DNA of 64,000 bases from Minisyncoccia bacterium (GCA_041738755.1 JBGSPE010000005.1:143872-207871); one strand, 5' to 3'; shown: positions 10,401 to 19,663, counted from the stretch's first letter. Notes: generated by a model not told the origin, from the sequence alone. Translations and numbers: made by a program.

Positions 10401-11737
10401 TGAAGAATTTTTTACGGACATTACAACAAGGGTTAGCTGTAATGAAAGGGAATACCCAGCTATTATTTATCGGGGTATTAGTATTTATCTTTCCTATCTT
10501 ATTTGTTTTCGTTACGCAAAGTTTTTTTGACACCGCGAACGCAAACATTACCACCTCAGAAAAGCGTCGGGTTGGCTTACTACACGATTCAATCGTTATC
10601 GCCCTTAAAGAACCAACCATGAGTAGAGAGGGTATTAAAAAACTTATTGATACCCAGGCGCTCGCAAATACAGATATCGAAGAAATCCGCGTAGTGAGCG
10701 AGGTACCAGAAGGGTATGTGATAGAGCAGTCGCTTCAAGAAGGGGTAGTAGGTTCACTCGATACCAACCAAACGATTTATCAGAATGCTCTCGGGAGCAC
10801 GGATTCCTCACTTATTTTCGAACAAAAACCAGCTGGGTACCGACAGTGGTATGCAGTACGGAAAGTAGTGACACCAGGTGAGCCGGTGCGATACGTTGTG
10901 AGTGAGCACTCACTTCGTGAAATCGACTCACTGATGGCCGCGAGACAACAACAGTCATACTTTGGTCTGACTGTTATATTTGTGTTTCTTATCGGACTGG
11001 CGTACTGGATTTCAAGACAAATCTTTTGGCAAAAAAAGCACCAAAAATTACAAGCAGAGATTGCTGAGCGGGATCTTTTTACCAGTATGATAACGCACGA
11101 GTTTCGTTCACCCTTAACGGCAATTAGTGGCTATACGAGCTTCCTTAAAGAATCACAAGGCTTAACTGAAGAGGAAAAACGCTACGTGGATACTATTGAG
11201 ACAGCCACCGGTCGTCTACTTGCCCTCGTGAACGATTTTCTTGAAGTAGCCCGTATTCAGTCAGGCAAGATGATAGTTGAAAAGAAGCCAGTCCTTGTCC
11301 ATGACACTATTCAACGTGTGCTTGATGTCGTAAGACCACTCGCTGAAATAAAGGGACTTGAGTTACGATTTTCTCCAACCTTAAAACCAATCACCTTTAA
11401 CACAGACGAAAAACGGCTCGCTCAGGTGTTGCAAAATATGCTCACAAACTCAATTAAATACACCGATAAAGGCTCAGTAGAAATTACGACTGAAATTAAC
11501 CCTATATCATTCACCATACGAATCAAGGATACCGGTACCGGTATTAGTGCCGAGGATCAGGCCAAACTCTTTGCACCATTTGCTCGAGTCGGTGGGGTAG
11601 AGAAGACAGCCACCGTGGGAACTGGTCTTGGGATGTGGATCACGAGACAATTGGTTGATGTGCTTGGTGGCACTATTGGTATTGAATCAATCAAGGGTGT
11701 CGGTACACACGCTGTGATTACCTTTAAAGTGCGTTAG
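10400..11737 (+). CDS. sensor histidine kinase (HisKA + HATPase_c) with two TM helices flanking a periplasmic sensor domain
   Basis: H-box HEFRSPLTAISGY, an N-box, and G-boxes DTGTGIS and GTGLGMWI. TM helices lie at about residues 20-40 and 190-210. Confidence 0.85.
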   Translation: MKNFLRTLQQGLAVMKGNTQLLFIGVLVFIFPILFVFVTQSFFDTANANITTSEKRRVGLLHDSIVIALKEPTMSREGIKKLIDTQALANTDIEEIRVVSEVPEGYVIEQSLQEGVVGSLDTNQTIYQNALGSTDSSLIFEQKPAGYRQWYAVRKVVTPGEPVRYVVSEHSLREIDSLMAARQQQSYFGLTVIFVFLIGLAYWISRQIFWQKKHQKLQAEIAERDLFTSMITHEFRSPLTAISGYTSFLKESQGLTEEEKRYVDTIETATGRLLALVNDFLEVARIQSGKMIVEKKPVLVHDTIQRVLDVVRPLAEIKGLELRFSPTLKPITFNTDEKRLAQVLQNMLTNSIKYTDKGSVEITTEINPISFTIRIKDTGTGISAEDQAKLFAPFARVGGVEKTATVGTGLGMWITRQLVDVLGGTIGIESIKGVGTHAVITFKVR

Positions 11738-11807
11738 TTTGTCGTTACGGTATTTATCAGTATAATGGCAGTATAACCTTCGCCTTCATGCGGAGGTAAA
11801 ACTATGT

Positions 11808-14438
11808 ATGTCAGCAAAAAAGCCAAAACGAACGGAGATGAATGATGATGCGCGCATGATTGTTGTTCGCGGTGCCAGGACCCACAACTTGAAGAACATT
11901 ACTGTTGAGATGCCTCGCGGGAAGATGATTGCAGTGACTGGACCGTCTGGCTCAGGCAAGTCTTCACTTGCTTTTGATACTATTTTTGCTGAAGGACAGC
12001 GTCGCTATGTTGAGTCACTCTCACCCTACGCTCGTCAATTCTTGAATAAAATGCAGAAGCCAGACGTGGATGAAATCTCTGGTCTTTCACCAGCTATTTC
12101 TATCGATCAAAAATCGGCATCAAGAAACCCTCGTTCAACCGTGGCTACTATTACTGAAATTTACGACTATCTTCGCATCCTGTACGCTCGCATAGGTCAA
12201 CCATACTGTCTTGATGTAGATGTAGCGATTCAACGTCTTTCACAAGACGAAATTCTCGGTATCGTTTTGAAGTCAATCGAAGACAAGGAAGTAAAGACTG
12301 CCCAGAAGAACCAAAACGAAAACATCATGGGGATTGAGGTCACGAAAGGTCGAGTCTCGATTTTCTCGCCGCTCGTGGTGGGCCGAAAAGGTGAATACTA
12401 CCAACTCCTCTATGATTTACTTGGAAAGGGGTTTGAAACCGTTAAAATTGATGGTGAGATAAAGCAACTCCGTGACAAGATAGTCCTTACTAAAACCAAG
12501 CGACATGACATTGATGTTTTAATTGATGAAATTTTTGTCAGTGAATTTACCTCTGACCCAAAAGGTTCACGCGAACGGCTTTCTGAAGCCGTTGAGCTCG
12601 CTCTCCTACAATCAAATGGCTTAGTTAAGATTGAAAGTCCAGATGGTACTGAGCGCATCCTTTCAGCCAAATTTATCTGTCCAGCTGATGGGTCATCATT
12701 CCCTGAAGTTGAACCGCGACTCTTCTCGTTTAATTCACCGTACGGAGCGTGTCCGGAGTGTAATGGACTTGGTATGGTGGGAATTTTTCAAAGTGATACC
12801 TGTCCACTCTGTAATGGCGACCGTCTGCGGAAAGAGGCACTACGTGTCTATCTTGGTGGAAAGGGCAAGCATCTCGGAAAAAACATCGTAGACTTTACCA
12901 ACCAGACAGTGAGTGAAGCAATTGCATTCATTGACGCCCTTGAACTGACAAAAAAGCAACAAGATATCGCTTGGCCAGCTCTGCGAGAAATTATTGAGCG
13001 ACTGCACTTTATGCAGAACGTCGGAATTGAATATCTTACGCTCAATCGACGCGCTAACACACTCTCCGGTGGAGAAGCACAGCGTATTCGTCTTGCCTCA
13101 CAACTCGGCTCAGGCCTGGTTGGAGCCTTGTATGTACTTGATGAGCCAAGTATCGGGCTGCACCAAAGAGATAATGATAAATTGATTGAAACACTCCATG
13201 AACTTCGTGATCTTGGTAATACCATTATCATTGTTGAACATGACGAAGATACTATCTATGCTTCAGACTACTTGGTAGATATTGGCCCCGGAGCTGGAGT
13301 ACATGGTGGTGAGGTAGTTGTTACAGGATATCTTGAGGAGCTATTGAGCGAGAAGAAAAATACTTCTGGTTCAATCACCCTTGATTACCTCCGTGGTGAC
13401 AAAAAAATCGACGTCCCAGAACGCCGAACTGGTGAAAAGGGCTCAATCCTTGTTCGTGGTGGCAAAATCTACAATATCAAGAATCTCAATGTCGATATCC
13501 CACTGGGACGACTTATTTGTGTAACTGGCGTCTCTGGTTCTGGTAAGTCTACGTTCATGTATGAAATTGTTGACCGAAATCTTAAGTCACGACTCGAGAA
13601 AAAACACCGAACACCACATACCTACAACTGTAAGACCTTTACCGGTACCGAATACCTAGGCCGTTCTGTCTTGATTGATCAATCCCCAATTGGACGGACA
13701 CCAAGAAGTAACCCAGCTACGTATACCGGAGCATTTACCCACATCCGAGACCTGTTTGCAGCCTCAGGAGAAGCAAGAGCTCGTGGCTGGAAGCCGGGAC
13801 GGTTCAGTTTCAATGTCAAAGGTGGTCGTTGTGAAGCGTGTCAGGGTAACGGTGAAATTGCGGTTGAAATGCACTTCTTGCCAACGGTCTATGTTACCTG
13901 TGACGTCTGTGATGGAAAGCGCTTTACCAAAGAAACGCTTGAAGTTACCTACAAGGGTAAGAATATCTACGAAGTGCTCCATATGACTATAGAGGAAGCA
14001 TATGAATTCTTCAAAGATGTCCCGAGTGTCGCTGAGCGTCTCAATTCACTGCTCGATGTCGGGCTAGGCTATCTTGAGCTTGGACAAAGTGCTACCACGC
14101 TCTCTGGTGGAGAAGCGCAACGGGTGAAGATTGCTTCAGAACTGTATCGGCCTCACACCATGAAGACTATCTATCTGCTTGATGAACCGACGACTGGACT
14201 GCATTACGAGGATGTAAAGAAATTGATAGAGATTTTGCAGCAACTCGTAAATCGAGGTAATACCGTGATGGTAATTGAACACAATCTCGACCTGGTAAAA
14301 TGTGCTGATTATATTATCGACATTGGACCAGAAGGTGGAGTTGGTGGGGGAGATATTGTTGCCAAAGGCACACCGGAAGAAGTGGCCAATAACCCGAAGT
14401 CATTTACCGGAAAGTATCTGAAAAAAATGCTGAAATAA
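11808..14438 (+). CDS. uvrA: excinuclease ABC subunit A
   Basis: Two ABC ATPase modules (GPSGSGKSSLAFDT and GVSGSGKSTF), zinc-finger Cys pairs (CPECNGLG, CEACQGNG) and LSGGEAQR signature motifs. Confidence 0.92.
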   Translation: MSAKKPKRTEMNDDARMIVVRGARTHNLKNITVEMPRGKMIAVTGPSGSGKSSLAFDTIFAEGQRRYVESLSPYARQFLNKMQKPDVDEISGLSPAISIDQKSASRNPRSTVATITEIYDYLRILYARIGQPYCLDVDVAIQRLSQDEILGIVLKSIEDKEVKTAQKNQNENIMGIEVTKGRVSIFSPLVVGRKGEYYQLLYDLLGKGFETVKIDGEIKQLRDKIVLTKTKRHDIDVLIDEIFVSEFTSDPKGSRERLSEAVELALLQSNGLVKIESPDGTERILSAKFICPADGSSFPEVEPRLFSFNSPYGACPECNGLGMVGIFQSDTCPLCNGDRLRKEALRVYLGGKGKHLGKNIVDFTNQTVSEAIAFIDALELTKKQQDIAWPALREIIERLHFMQNVGIEYLTLNRRANTLSGGEAQRIRLASQLGSGLVGALYVLDEPSIGLHQRDNDKLIETLHELRDLGNTIIIVEHDEDTIYASDYLVDIGPGAGVHGGEVVVTGYLEELLSEKKNTSGSITLDYLRGDKKIDVPERRTGEKGSILVRGGKIYNIKNLNVDIPLGRLICVTGVSGSGKSTFMYEIVDRNLKSRLEKKHRTPHTYNCKTFTGTEYLGRSVLIDQSPIGRTPRSNPATYTGAFTHIRDLFAASGEARARGWKPGRFSFNVKGGRCEACQGNGEIAVEMHFLPTVYVTCDVCDGKRFTKETLEVTYKGKNIYEVLHMTIEEAYEFFKDVPSVAERLNSLLDVGLGYLELGQSATTLSGGEAQRVKIASELYRPHTMKTIYLLDEPTTGLHYEDVKKLIEILQQLVNRGNTVMVIEHNLDLVKCADYIIDIGPEGGVGGGDIVAKGTPEEVANNPKSFTGKYLKKMLK

Positions 14439-14439
14439 T

Positions 14440-15045
14440 ATGGAACAGTTTGAAGGAACACCCGAGCTATCTGACAAAGAAATCGAACAGATTATTTTTC
14501 TTTCGTACATGTTCTCTCAAGGCTCTATTCCTCTACAAAAAGCAATTATGGGGCATATAGCAAAAATCGCTGGTCTACAAGACCCGGGACATGCTCGGAC
14601 GCTCTACGACTCCTTTGCTCAAAGTCTCCACTACACCGAAGGTGAAGGGTATACCATTGGTCGAGCCAACCTACATACCAATGAAGGTCTCGATAATCCT
14701 AAGGGACATTTCTCTGACATTGCACCCTTTACTGAAGGGGAGCGCTCTCGTGATGCCATGAGTTTACAAGAGATAGTAGATAACATGTGGAGTCTCGATT
14801 ATCATTACCTTTGCGAAAAAGCTGGTAGACCAAATCGAAAAGAATCTGGTTTTAAAGTCGATACATTACAAGACCCATATTTTTCTTTCGGTATGGCGTA
14901 CCTTGAAAGTGAAAAAGAAACACCAAGTGAAGTATTTAATACATTCTTAAACCGCTTGCGTGAATATGATATTTCTCCAGACAACCGTTCAGTTAAAGAC
15001 GCAGTAATTGCTGCGTATCAAGAGCACCATAGTGATAGTGCATAA
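14440..15045 (+). CDS. hypothetical protein embedded between uvrA and uvrC
   Basis: 201-aa ORF starting 2 bp after the uvrA stop and ending 12 bp before uvrC. No recognisable motif. Confidence 0.45.
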   Translation: MEQFEGTPELSDKEIEQIIFLSYMFSQGSIPLQKAIMGHIAKIAGLQDPGHARTLYDSFAQSLHYTEGEGYTIGRANLHTNEGLDNPKGHFSDIAPFTEGERSRDAMSLQEIVDNMWSLDYHYLCEKAGRPNRKESGFKVDTLQDPYFSFGMAYLESEKETPSEVFNTFLNRLREYDISPDNRSVKDAVIAAYQEHHSDSA

Positions 15046-15057
15046 GTAAATTCCGTT

Positions 15058-16299
15058 ATGGAAAAAGTCGACCTAAAATCTTCTGCAATACCAAACGCAC
15101 CTGGTGTGTATTTTTTCTTGGGTCCCAAAAAGAAGATTTTATATATCGGAAAAGCCACCTCACTTAAAAACCGGGTCCGTAGCTATTTTTCAAGTGACAT
15201 CAAAGAAAAGCGCTCGCCGCTCATTGAAGCGATGGTTCAAGAAGCACAAACAATTGAATTCACTGAGACTGATAGTGTGCTTGAGGCGCTCATTCTTGAA
15301 ACCAATCTCATCCGTACCCACAAGCCAATCTATAACACGAGGAGTAAGGACGATAAGAGTTATAACCACTTGGTGATTACCAAAGAAGAATTTCCCCGTG
15401 TCTTGGTGGTACGCGGCAAAGACCTCACTGAACAATTTACCGAAAAAGAAATTCTCTATCATTTTGGTCCGTTCCCAAGCGGTGCATTATTTCGAGAGGC
15501 ACTCAAAATCGTTCGGCGTTTGTTTAAATACTACGATACAAAAAACCCACTCGGTGATGAACAGACAAAGTTTGCTCGCGGTAAAATTGACTTCAATCGG
15601 CAAATCGGACTCTACCCAACTACCCAATCAAAAACTGAGTACAATAGAACCATACGACACATCAAGCTATTTTTTGAAGGCAAGAAAAAACAAATCATTA
15701 CCGAACTACACAAGGACATGATGAAAGAAGCTAAGGCTGAACGCTTTGAAGTAGCCGACCAAATCAAGCGCCGGATTTTTGCCCTCAATCATATCCAAGA
15801 TATTGCTCTTATCAAAGACGACAACCGCATCTATCGAGACGAGAAGCGAATTCGCATTGAAGCGTATGACATTGCTCACATGGGCGGACAACATATGGTT
15901 GGAGTGATGACGGTTATGGAAGCAGGGGAACCAGCCCGCAGTGAATACCGAAAATTTAAGATAAAGACTGTCGATCGCTCTAACGACACTGCTGCCCTCA
16001 AAGAGGTTTTAGAGCGGCGTCTGGCACACCCTGAGTGGCCCTTTCCACACATTGTCGTAGTAGATGGGGGAGTGGCACAAAAGAACGCAGCAGAGCTGAT
16101 GTTACGGGCTCACGCGTTGATGATTCCAGTTGTGGCTGTAGTCAAGGACGACCGTCATAAAGCCTCGCGTTTAATTGGTCCAAAGAATCTCCTCGATACA
16201 CACAAGTTAGCGATTCTGCATGCTAATGCCGAATCACACCGCTTTGCCATTACGTATCACCGTGAGAAGCGAGGCAAATCATACAAAGGTCTCCGCTAG
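15058..16299 (+). CDS. uvrC: excinuclease ABC subunit C, short form lacking the C-terminal (HhH)2 domain
   Basis: N-terminal GIY-YIG (PGVYFFLGPKKKILYIGKATSLKNRVRSYF), a UvrB-interacting region, and the RNase-H-like endonuclease core (AYDIAHMGGQHMVGVMTV). Only 413 aa against about 600 for the canonical protein. Confidence 0.8.
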   Translation: MEKVDLKSSAIPNAPGVYFFLGPKKKILYIGKATSLKNRVRSYFSSDIKEKRSPLIEAMVQEAQTIEFTETDSVLEALILETNLIRTHKPIYNTRSKDDKSYNHLVITKEEFPRVLVVRGKDLTEQFTEKEILYHFGPFPSGALFREALKIVRRLFKYYDTKNPLGDEQTKFARGKIDFNRQIGLYPTTQSKTEYNRTIRHIKLFFEGKKKQIITELHKDMMKEAKAERFEVADQIKRRIFALNHIQDIALIKDDNRIYRDEKRIRIEAYDIAHMGGQHMVGVMTVMEAGEPARSEYRKFKIKTVDRSNDTAALKEVLERRLAHPEWPFPHIVVVDGGVAQKNAAELMLRAHALMIPVVAVVKDDRHKASRLIGPKNLLDTHKLAILHANAESHRFAITYHREKRGKSYKGLR

Positions 16300-16336
16300 G
16301 AGTACGCTAGCTTGAGATGATATACTTGATTGTGTT

Positions 16337-17299
16337 ATGAAGCGTATAGCTGTTTTGCGAGGTGGACCGAGTGAAGAATATGCTGTTTCGATGAAGTCGG
16401 GAGCGGCTGTCTTGGAGGCGCTAGATAAGCTCCACTATGCGTACAAAGATATCGTTATTACCAAAGACGGTGAATGGCTTGAAGCCGGGATTGCGCGCAC
16501 CCCAGACAATGCCCTTGAAGCGGTTGATGTTGTTTTTATTGCTCTCCATGGTGGCTATGGTGAAGATGGTCAGATTCAAAAGATTCTCCACCGGAAGCAT
16601 ATTCCGTATACTGGTAGCCCCTCACTCCCTTCAGCTATTGCCTTTAACAAAGAACTAACCAAGTTCTCACTCCAGTCGCATAATATTCTGATGCCGAAGC
16701 ATCGCAAATTCACTGTTGCTGACCTTGATACCCTCGACGAGGAAGTTGATGAGCTTTTCAAAGATGTGGGTGAGGAACTATTCATTAAGCCACTGAAGAC
16801 TGGCTCTTCCCACGGTGCCCGGTACGCTCCCAACAAAGAATTACTCACGACTCATATCCGTGAGTTATTGCAGAATTATGATGAGCTCTTAATTGAAGAA
16901 TATATTAGAGGAAGGGAAGCGACAGTGGGTATTTTGCATGACTTTAGAAACCAAGCTATCTACGCTCTTCCAGCCATTGAGATTGTCCCACCCAATGGTG
17001 AACCAGCCTTTTCATACGAGAATAAATATAATGGTAAGACTGCAGAAATCGTCCCCGGACGGTTCTCTTATGAGGAGAAGATAAAGCTCGCTGATATCGC
17101 AGCAGTGGTACACCAAGCACTTCACCTTGATCATTACTCTCGCAGTGACTTCATCGTCAAAAATGGTGACGTGTACTTCCTTGAAGTGAATACCTTACCA
17201 GGACTGACGACCGAATCACTCCTCCCAAAAGCCGCCGCGGCAGTAGGCCTAAGCTACCCACAACTCATCGCTCATTTGATTGAGACCGCAAGGGTGTAG
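16337..17299 (+). CDS. ddl: D-alanine--D-alanine ligase
   Basis: MKRIAVLRGGPSEEYAVS, ALHGGYGEDGQIQ, and an ATP-grasp C-terminal EVNTLPGLT. Confidence 0.88.
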   Translation: MKRIAVLRGGPSEEYAVSMKSGAAVLEALDKLHYAYKDIVITKDGEWLEAGIARTPDNALEAVDVVFIALHGGYGEDGQIQKILHRKHIPYTGSPSLPSAIAFNKELTKFSLQSHNILMPKHRKFTVADLDTLDEEVDELFKDVGEELFIKPLKTGSSHGARYAPNKELLTTHIRELLQNYDELLIEEYIRGREATVGILHDFRNQAIYALPAIEIVPPNGEPAFSYENKYNGKTAEIVPGRFSYEEKIKLADIAAVVHQALHLDHYSRSDFIVKNGDVYFLEVNTLPGLTTESLLPKAAAAVGLSYPQLIAHLIETARV

Positions 17300-17372
17300 T
17301 TGAAATACCAGATATTGCATTACGTACGCTTTTGTAATTAAGCTATATTACGTATGCTAAAATTCTAGTATT

Positions 17373-18182
17373 ATGAAAAAAGCTTTACATACTATGTTTT
17401 TAACTGTCGGCGGAATTGTATTACTCATTGTGATAGGAGTGGTGGTATGGGTTGGTATTATTGCCTTCAATTTTTTCAAAGGTCCTCCAGCAGTAGTACC
17501 AGAATCAGCATTTCCTGAAGCAACGGTTCGTGCTACAGCCCAAGCTATTGCTGACGGGAATAGTGGTAAAGCTATTGAGCAAGTTGCCGAAGCAGGCCTC
17601 ATAGACTACATTGGGCCAGAAAACGACACCCTACTCCTGGTTGCGGTTATGGGTAATGATGAGCACGCTGTTAAAAAACTCCTTGAACTTGGTACTAATC
17701 CAAATATTCCTGAAGGAAGATCACCACTAGCAATTGCAGCAGGTAGTGCGGATATTGAAATTATACGAGCTTTATTGAGTGCTGGAGCAGATCCGGATGG
17801 TTTAGTAGACTCAGAATCTGGCCTTTGGCGTGCAGCACTTGGAAATCGTAGAGACATCGTGGATTTATTTTTAGAGAACGGAGCAACGATTGACCTCCCA
17901 AACTCTAATGGAGAAACTCCACTTATTGTCGCGGCTCAGGTTTCACACTACGAATTGAGTACACATCTTCTCGAACGAGGAGCATCTCCTTTTAGTCATG
18001 ACTCTACTGGGAAAACTGCTGAATTTTGGGCAAGCCGAAAAGTTTTACAACCAGGCACAGAAGAATACCGTAACCGAGAGCAATTACTACAACTTTTACA
18101 ACAAAAGGGTTTTCCTTCACCTGCTCCAACCGACGATGAGGTCTTGGAAGCCAAAGCGGCTGGCAATTGGCCACCGCAGTAG
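17373..18182 (+). CDS. membrane-anchored ankyrin-repeat protein
   Basis: N-terminal TM helix, then several ANK repeats (e.g. GRSPLAIAAGSADIEIIRALLSAGADPD, GETPLIVAAQVSHYELSTHLLERGASP). Confidence 0.75.
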   Translation: MKKALHTMFLTVGGIVLLIVIGVVVWVGIIAFNFFKGPPAVVPESAFPEATVRATAQAIADGNSGKAIEQVAEAGLIDYIGPENDTLLLVAVMGNDEHAVKKLLELGTNPNIPEGRSPLAIAAGSADIEIIRALLSAGADPDGLVDSESGLWRAALGNRRDIVDLFLENGATIDLPNSNGETPLIVAAQVSHYELSTHLLERGASPFSHDSTGKTAEFWASRKVLQPGTEEYRNREQLLQLLQQKGFPSPAPTDDEVLEAKAAGNWPPQ

Positions 18183-18220
18183 ATTGAATTTAAAAAACTC
18201 CCAAAGGGAATTTTTTAAGA

Positions 18221-18244
18221 TGGTGGACCCGACAGGATTCGAAC
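18221..18244 (-). repeat. 24-nt exact duplicate of the 3' end (T-arm + acceptor + CCA) of tRNA-Ala(TGC); att-like partial tRNA copy
   Basis: TGGTGGACCCGACAGGATTCGAAC is identical to 18371-18394. The upstream part cannot be folded into a tRNA. Confidence 0.7.
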
Positions 18245-18370
18245 ATTACATGTTCAGTACCCGTTTTGGATAGATTGTTTTGCTCTGCTCACAATCTACC
18301 TCAAAACAGCTTCGAAACCCCCGCACCCCTCCACGAAAAAACGCCGGACATAAATTCCGACGTTTATTCA

Positions 18371-18446
18371 TGGTGGACCCGACAGGATTCGAACCCGCTG
18401 CCTCCTCAGTGCAAATGAGGCGCTCTACCAAGTGAGCTACGGGCCC
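18371..18446 (-). tRNA. tRNA-Ala (anticodon TGC), CCA encoded
   Basis: The reverse complement GGGCCCGTAGCTCACTTGGTAGAGCGCCTCATTTGCACTGAGGAGGCAGCGGGTTCGAATCCTGTCGGGTCCACCA folds as a 76-nt cloverleaf. It has the G3:U70 Ala identity pair, U33, and A37. Confidence 0.9.
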
Positions 18447-18666
18447 AGTTTTATTGGAAGCGTGAATGTTTACATTCACACGCTTTAATCAATCTGGGCA
18501 CTTAGAACTTCTAAGTGGCACTATAATACGGGGCTAGCCATAGTAAGTCAAGGCGTTCGAACCTCATATTTAGCATGATTAAATTACGAATATGAGACAA
18601 GTTAACAAAACAGATATCAGTGGATAATCATGTATTTTTGGATATTCCTGGACGTATGATTAAACT

Positions 18667-19599
18667 ATGAAAACAAATATCAAGCTGGCACCAGAAGGAT
18701 ATCTTAGTGCTGTGCGAAAGCGACGAAACAAGCAAGTCCGACGCGTACTCTATGGTACAAGTGGTCTACTCTTACTTATCATCACGTTTGTAAGCTCTAC
18801 TAACTATGGTCAGACTCTGCTTTCATCCATTGCCTTAGCCCAGGAAACTGATGAAGAATATTATGAAGAAGAGTACTACGATGAAGGATATTACGAGGAT
18901 TATGATGTGATGACAGAGGGTGGTTGTAATGTACTAGGACTTTCGCTCTATGGGGACATTTATACAACCGGTACCGGCGCTTCAACCAATGCAATTAGTA
19001 GCTATCTGGAGACCTACGGACAGCATGAGAACCTGAAAGCTATCGTAGTCGACGTTGATTCAGGTGGCGGTTCACCGGTAGCTGGTGATGAAATCCTTCA
19101 ACTGCTTGAAGATCAGACGGTACCCGTAGTTGCTCAAATCCGAGAATTGGGTGCCTCAGCAGCCTACATGGCTATTCTTTCTGCCGACCACATCATCGCG
19201 CACCCGTACAGTTCGGTTGGTTCAATCGGTGTTATCCAAATTTTTTATGACTACACCAAGTTTAATAAAAAAGAAGGTATCGAATATATTCCAATTCAAA
19301 GTGGCCCAGGTAAAGACGCTGGTACCGGAGAACGCTCACTCACCAGAGAAGAAATCGCTCAGTTTCAAGAAGAAGTAGACTACCTATATGATGGTTTCAT
19401 TGATCAGGTGGCCTTTTGGCGAGACTTGAGTCGAGATGCTGTTTTACAAGCAGCTGATGGACGTACATTTATGGCTCCTAAGGCTCTCGAGCTCGGATTG
19501 ATAGATGAAATGGGTGGAAGTAGGGAAGTCCGAGCGCACCTCGCCAGTCAAATAGGTGAAGAGCCAGTTATCTGCTGGGTAAATAACGAAGGGTACTAA
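18667..19599 (+). CDS. sppA: signal peptide peptidase SppA (S49 family, 36K type), with an acidic Tyr/Glu-rich linker
   Basis: N-terminal TM helix, then the S49 core (AIVVDVDSGGGSPVAGDEI...ELGASAAYMAILSADHIIAHPYSSVGSIGV). An unusual ETDEEYYEEEYYDEGYYEDYD stretch sits between the TM helix and the protease domain. Confidence 0.75.
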   Translation: MKTNIKLAPEGYLSAVRKRRNKQVRRVLYGTSGLLLLIITFVSSTNYGQTLLSSIALAQETDEEYYEEEYYDEGYYEDYDVMTEGGCNVLGLSLYGDIYTTGTGASTNAISSYLETYGQHENLKAIVVDVDSGGGSPVAGDEILQLLEDQTVPVVAQIRELGASAAYMAILSADHIIAHPYSSVGSIGVIQIFYDYTKFNKKEGIEYIPIQSGPGKDAGTGERSLTREEIAQFQEEVDYLYDGFIDQVAFWRDLSRDAVLQAADGRTFMAPKALELGLIDEMGGSREVRAHLASQIGEEPVICWVNNEGY

Positions 19600-19610
19600 T
19601 CATACTACTA

Positions 19611-19637
19611 AAAAAAGCCCCTTATGGGGCTTTTTTA
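19611..19637 (+). terminator. rho-independent terminator
   Basis: AAAAAAGCCCC-TTAT-GGGGCTTTTTT hairpin with flanking A and T runs (possibly bidirectional). Confidence 0.75.
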
Positions 19638-19663
19638 ATGTGTGACAATGATACAATTTTACT

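Noticed and set aside
12410-13986. Short ORFs inside uvrA on both strands (12410..12670, 12848..13231, 13675..13986, 13764..13982 and others)
   Set aside because: They are nested in the strongly supported uvrA reading frame, and no independent evidence supports them.
18221-18335. Possible second tRNA (or intron-containing tRNA) ending in the same GTTCGAATCCTGTCGGGTCCACCA as tRNA-Ala
   Set aside because: No 5' acceptor strand complementary to CGGGTCC, no D-arm and no anticodon arm can be formed from the upstream sequence. Only the terminal 24 nt match, so this is treated as a partial duplicate (att-like scar) rather than a gene.
18246-18479. 77-aa ORF on the minus strand
   Set aside because: It lies entirely over tRNA-Ala(TGC) and the adjacent repeat region. 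It contains the tRNA sequence itself and is a spurious ORF.
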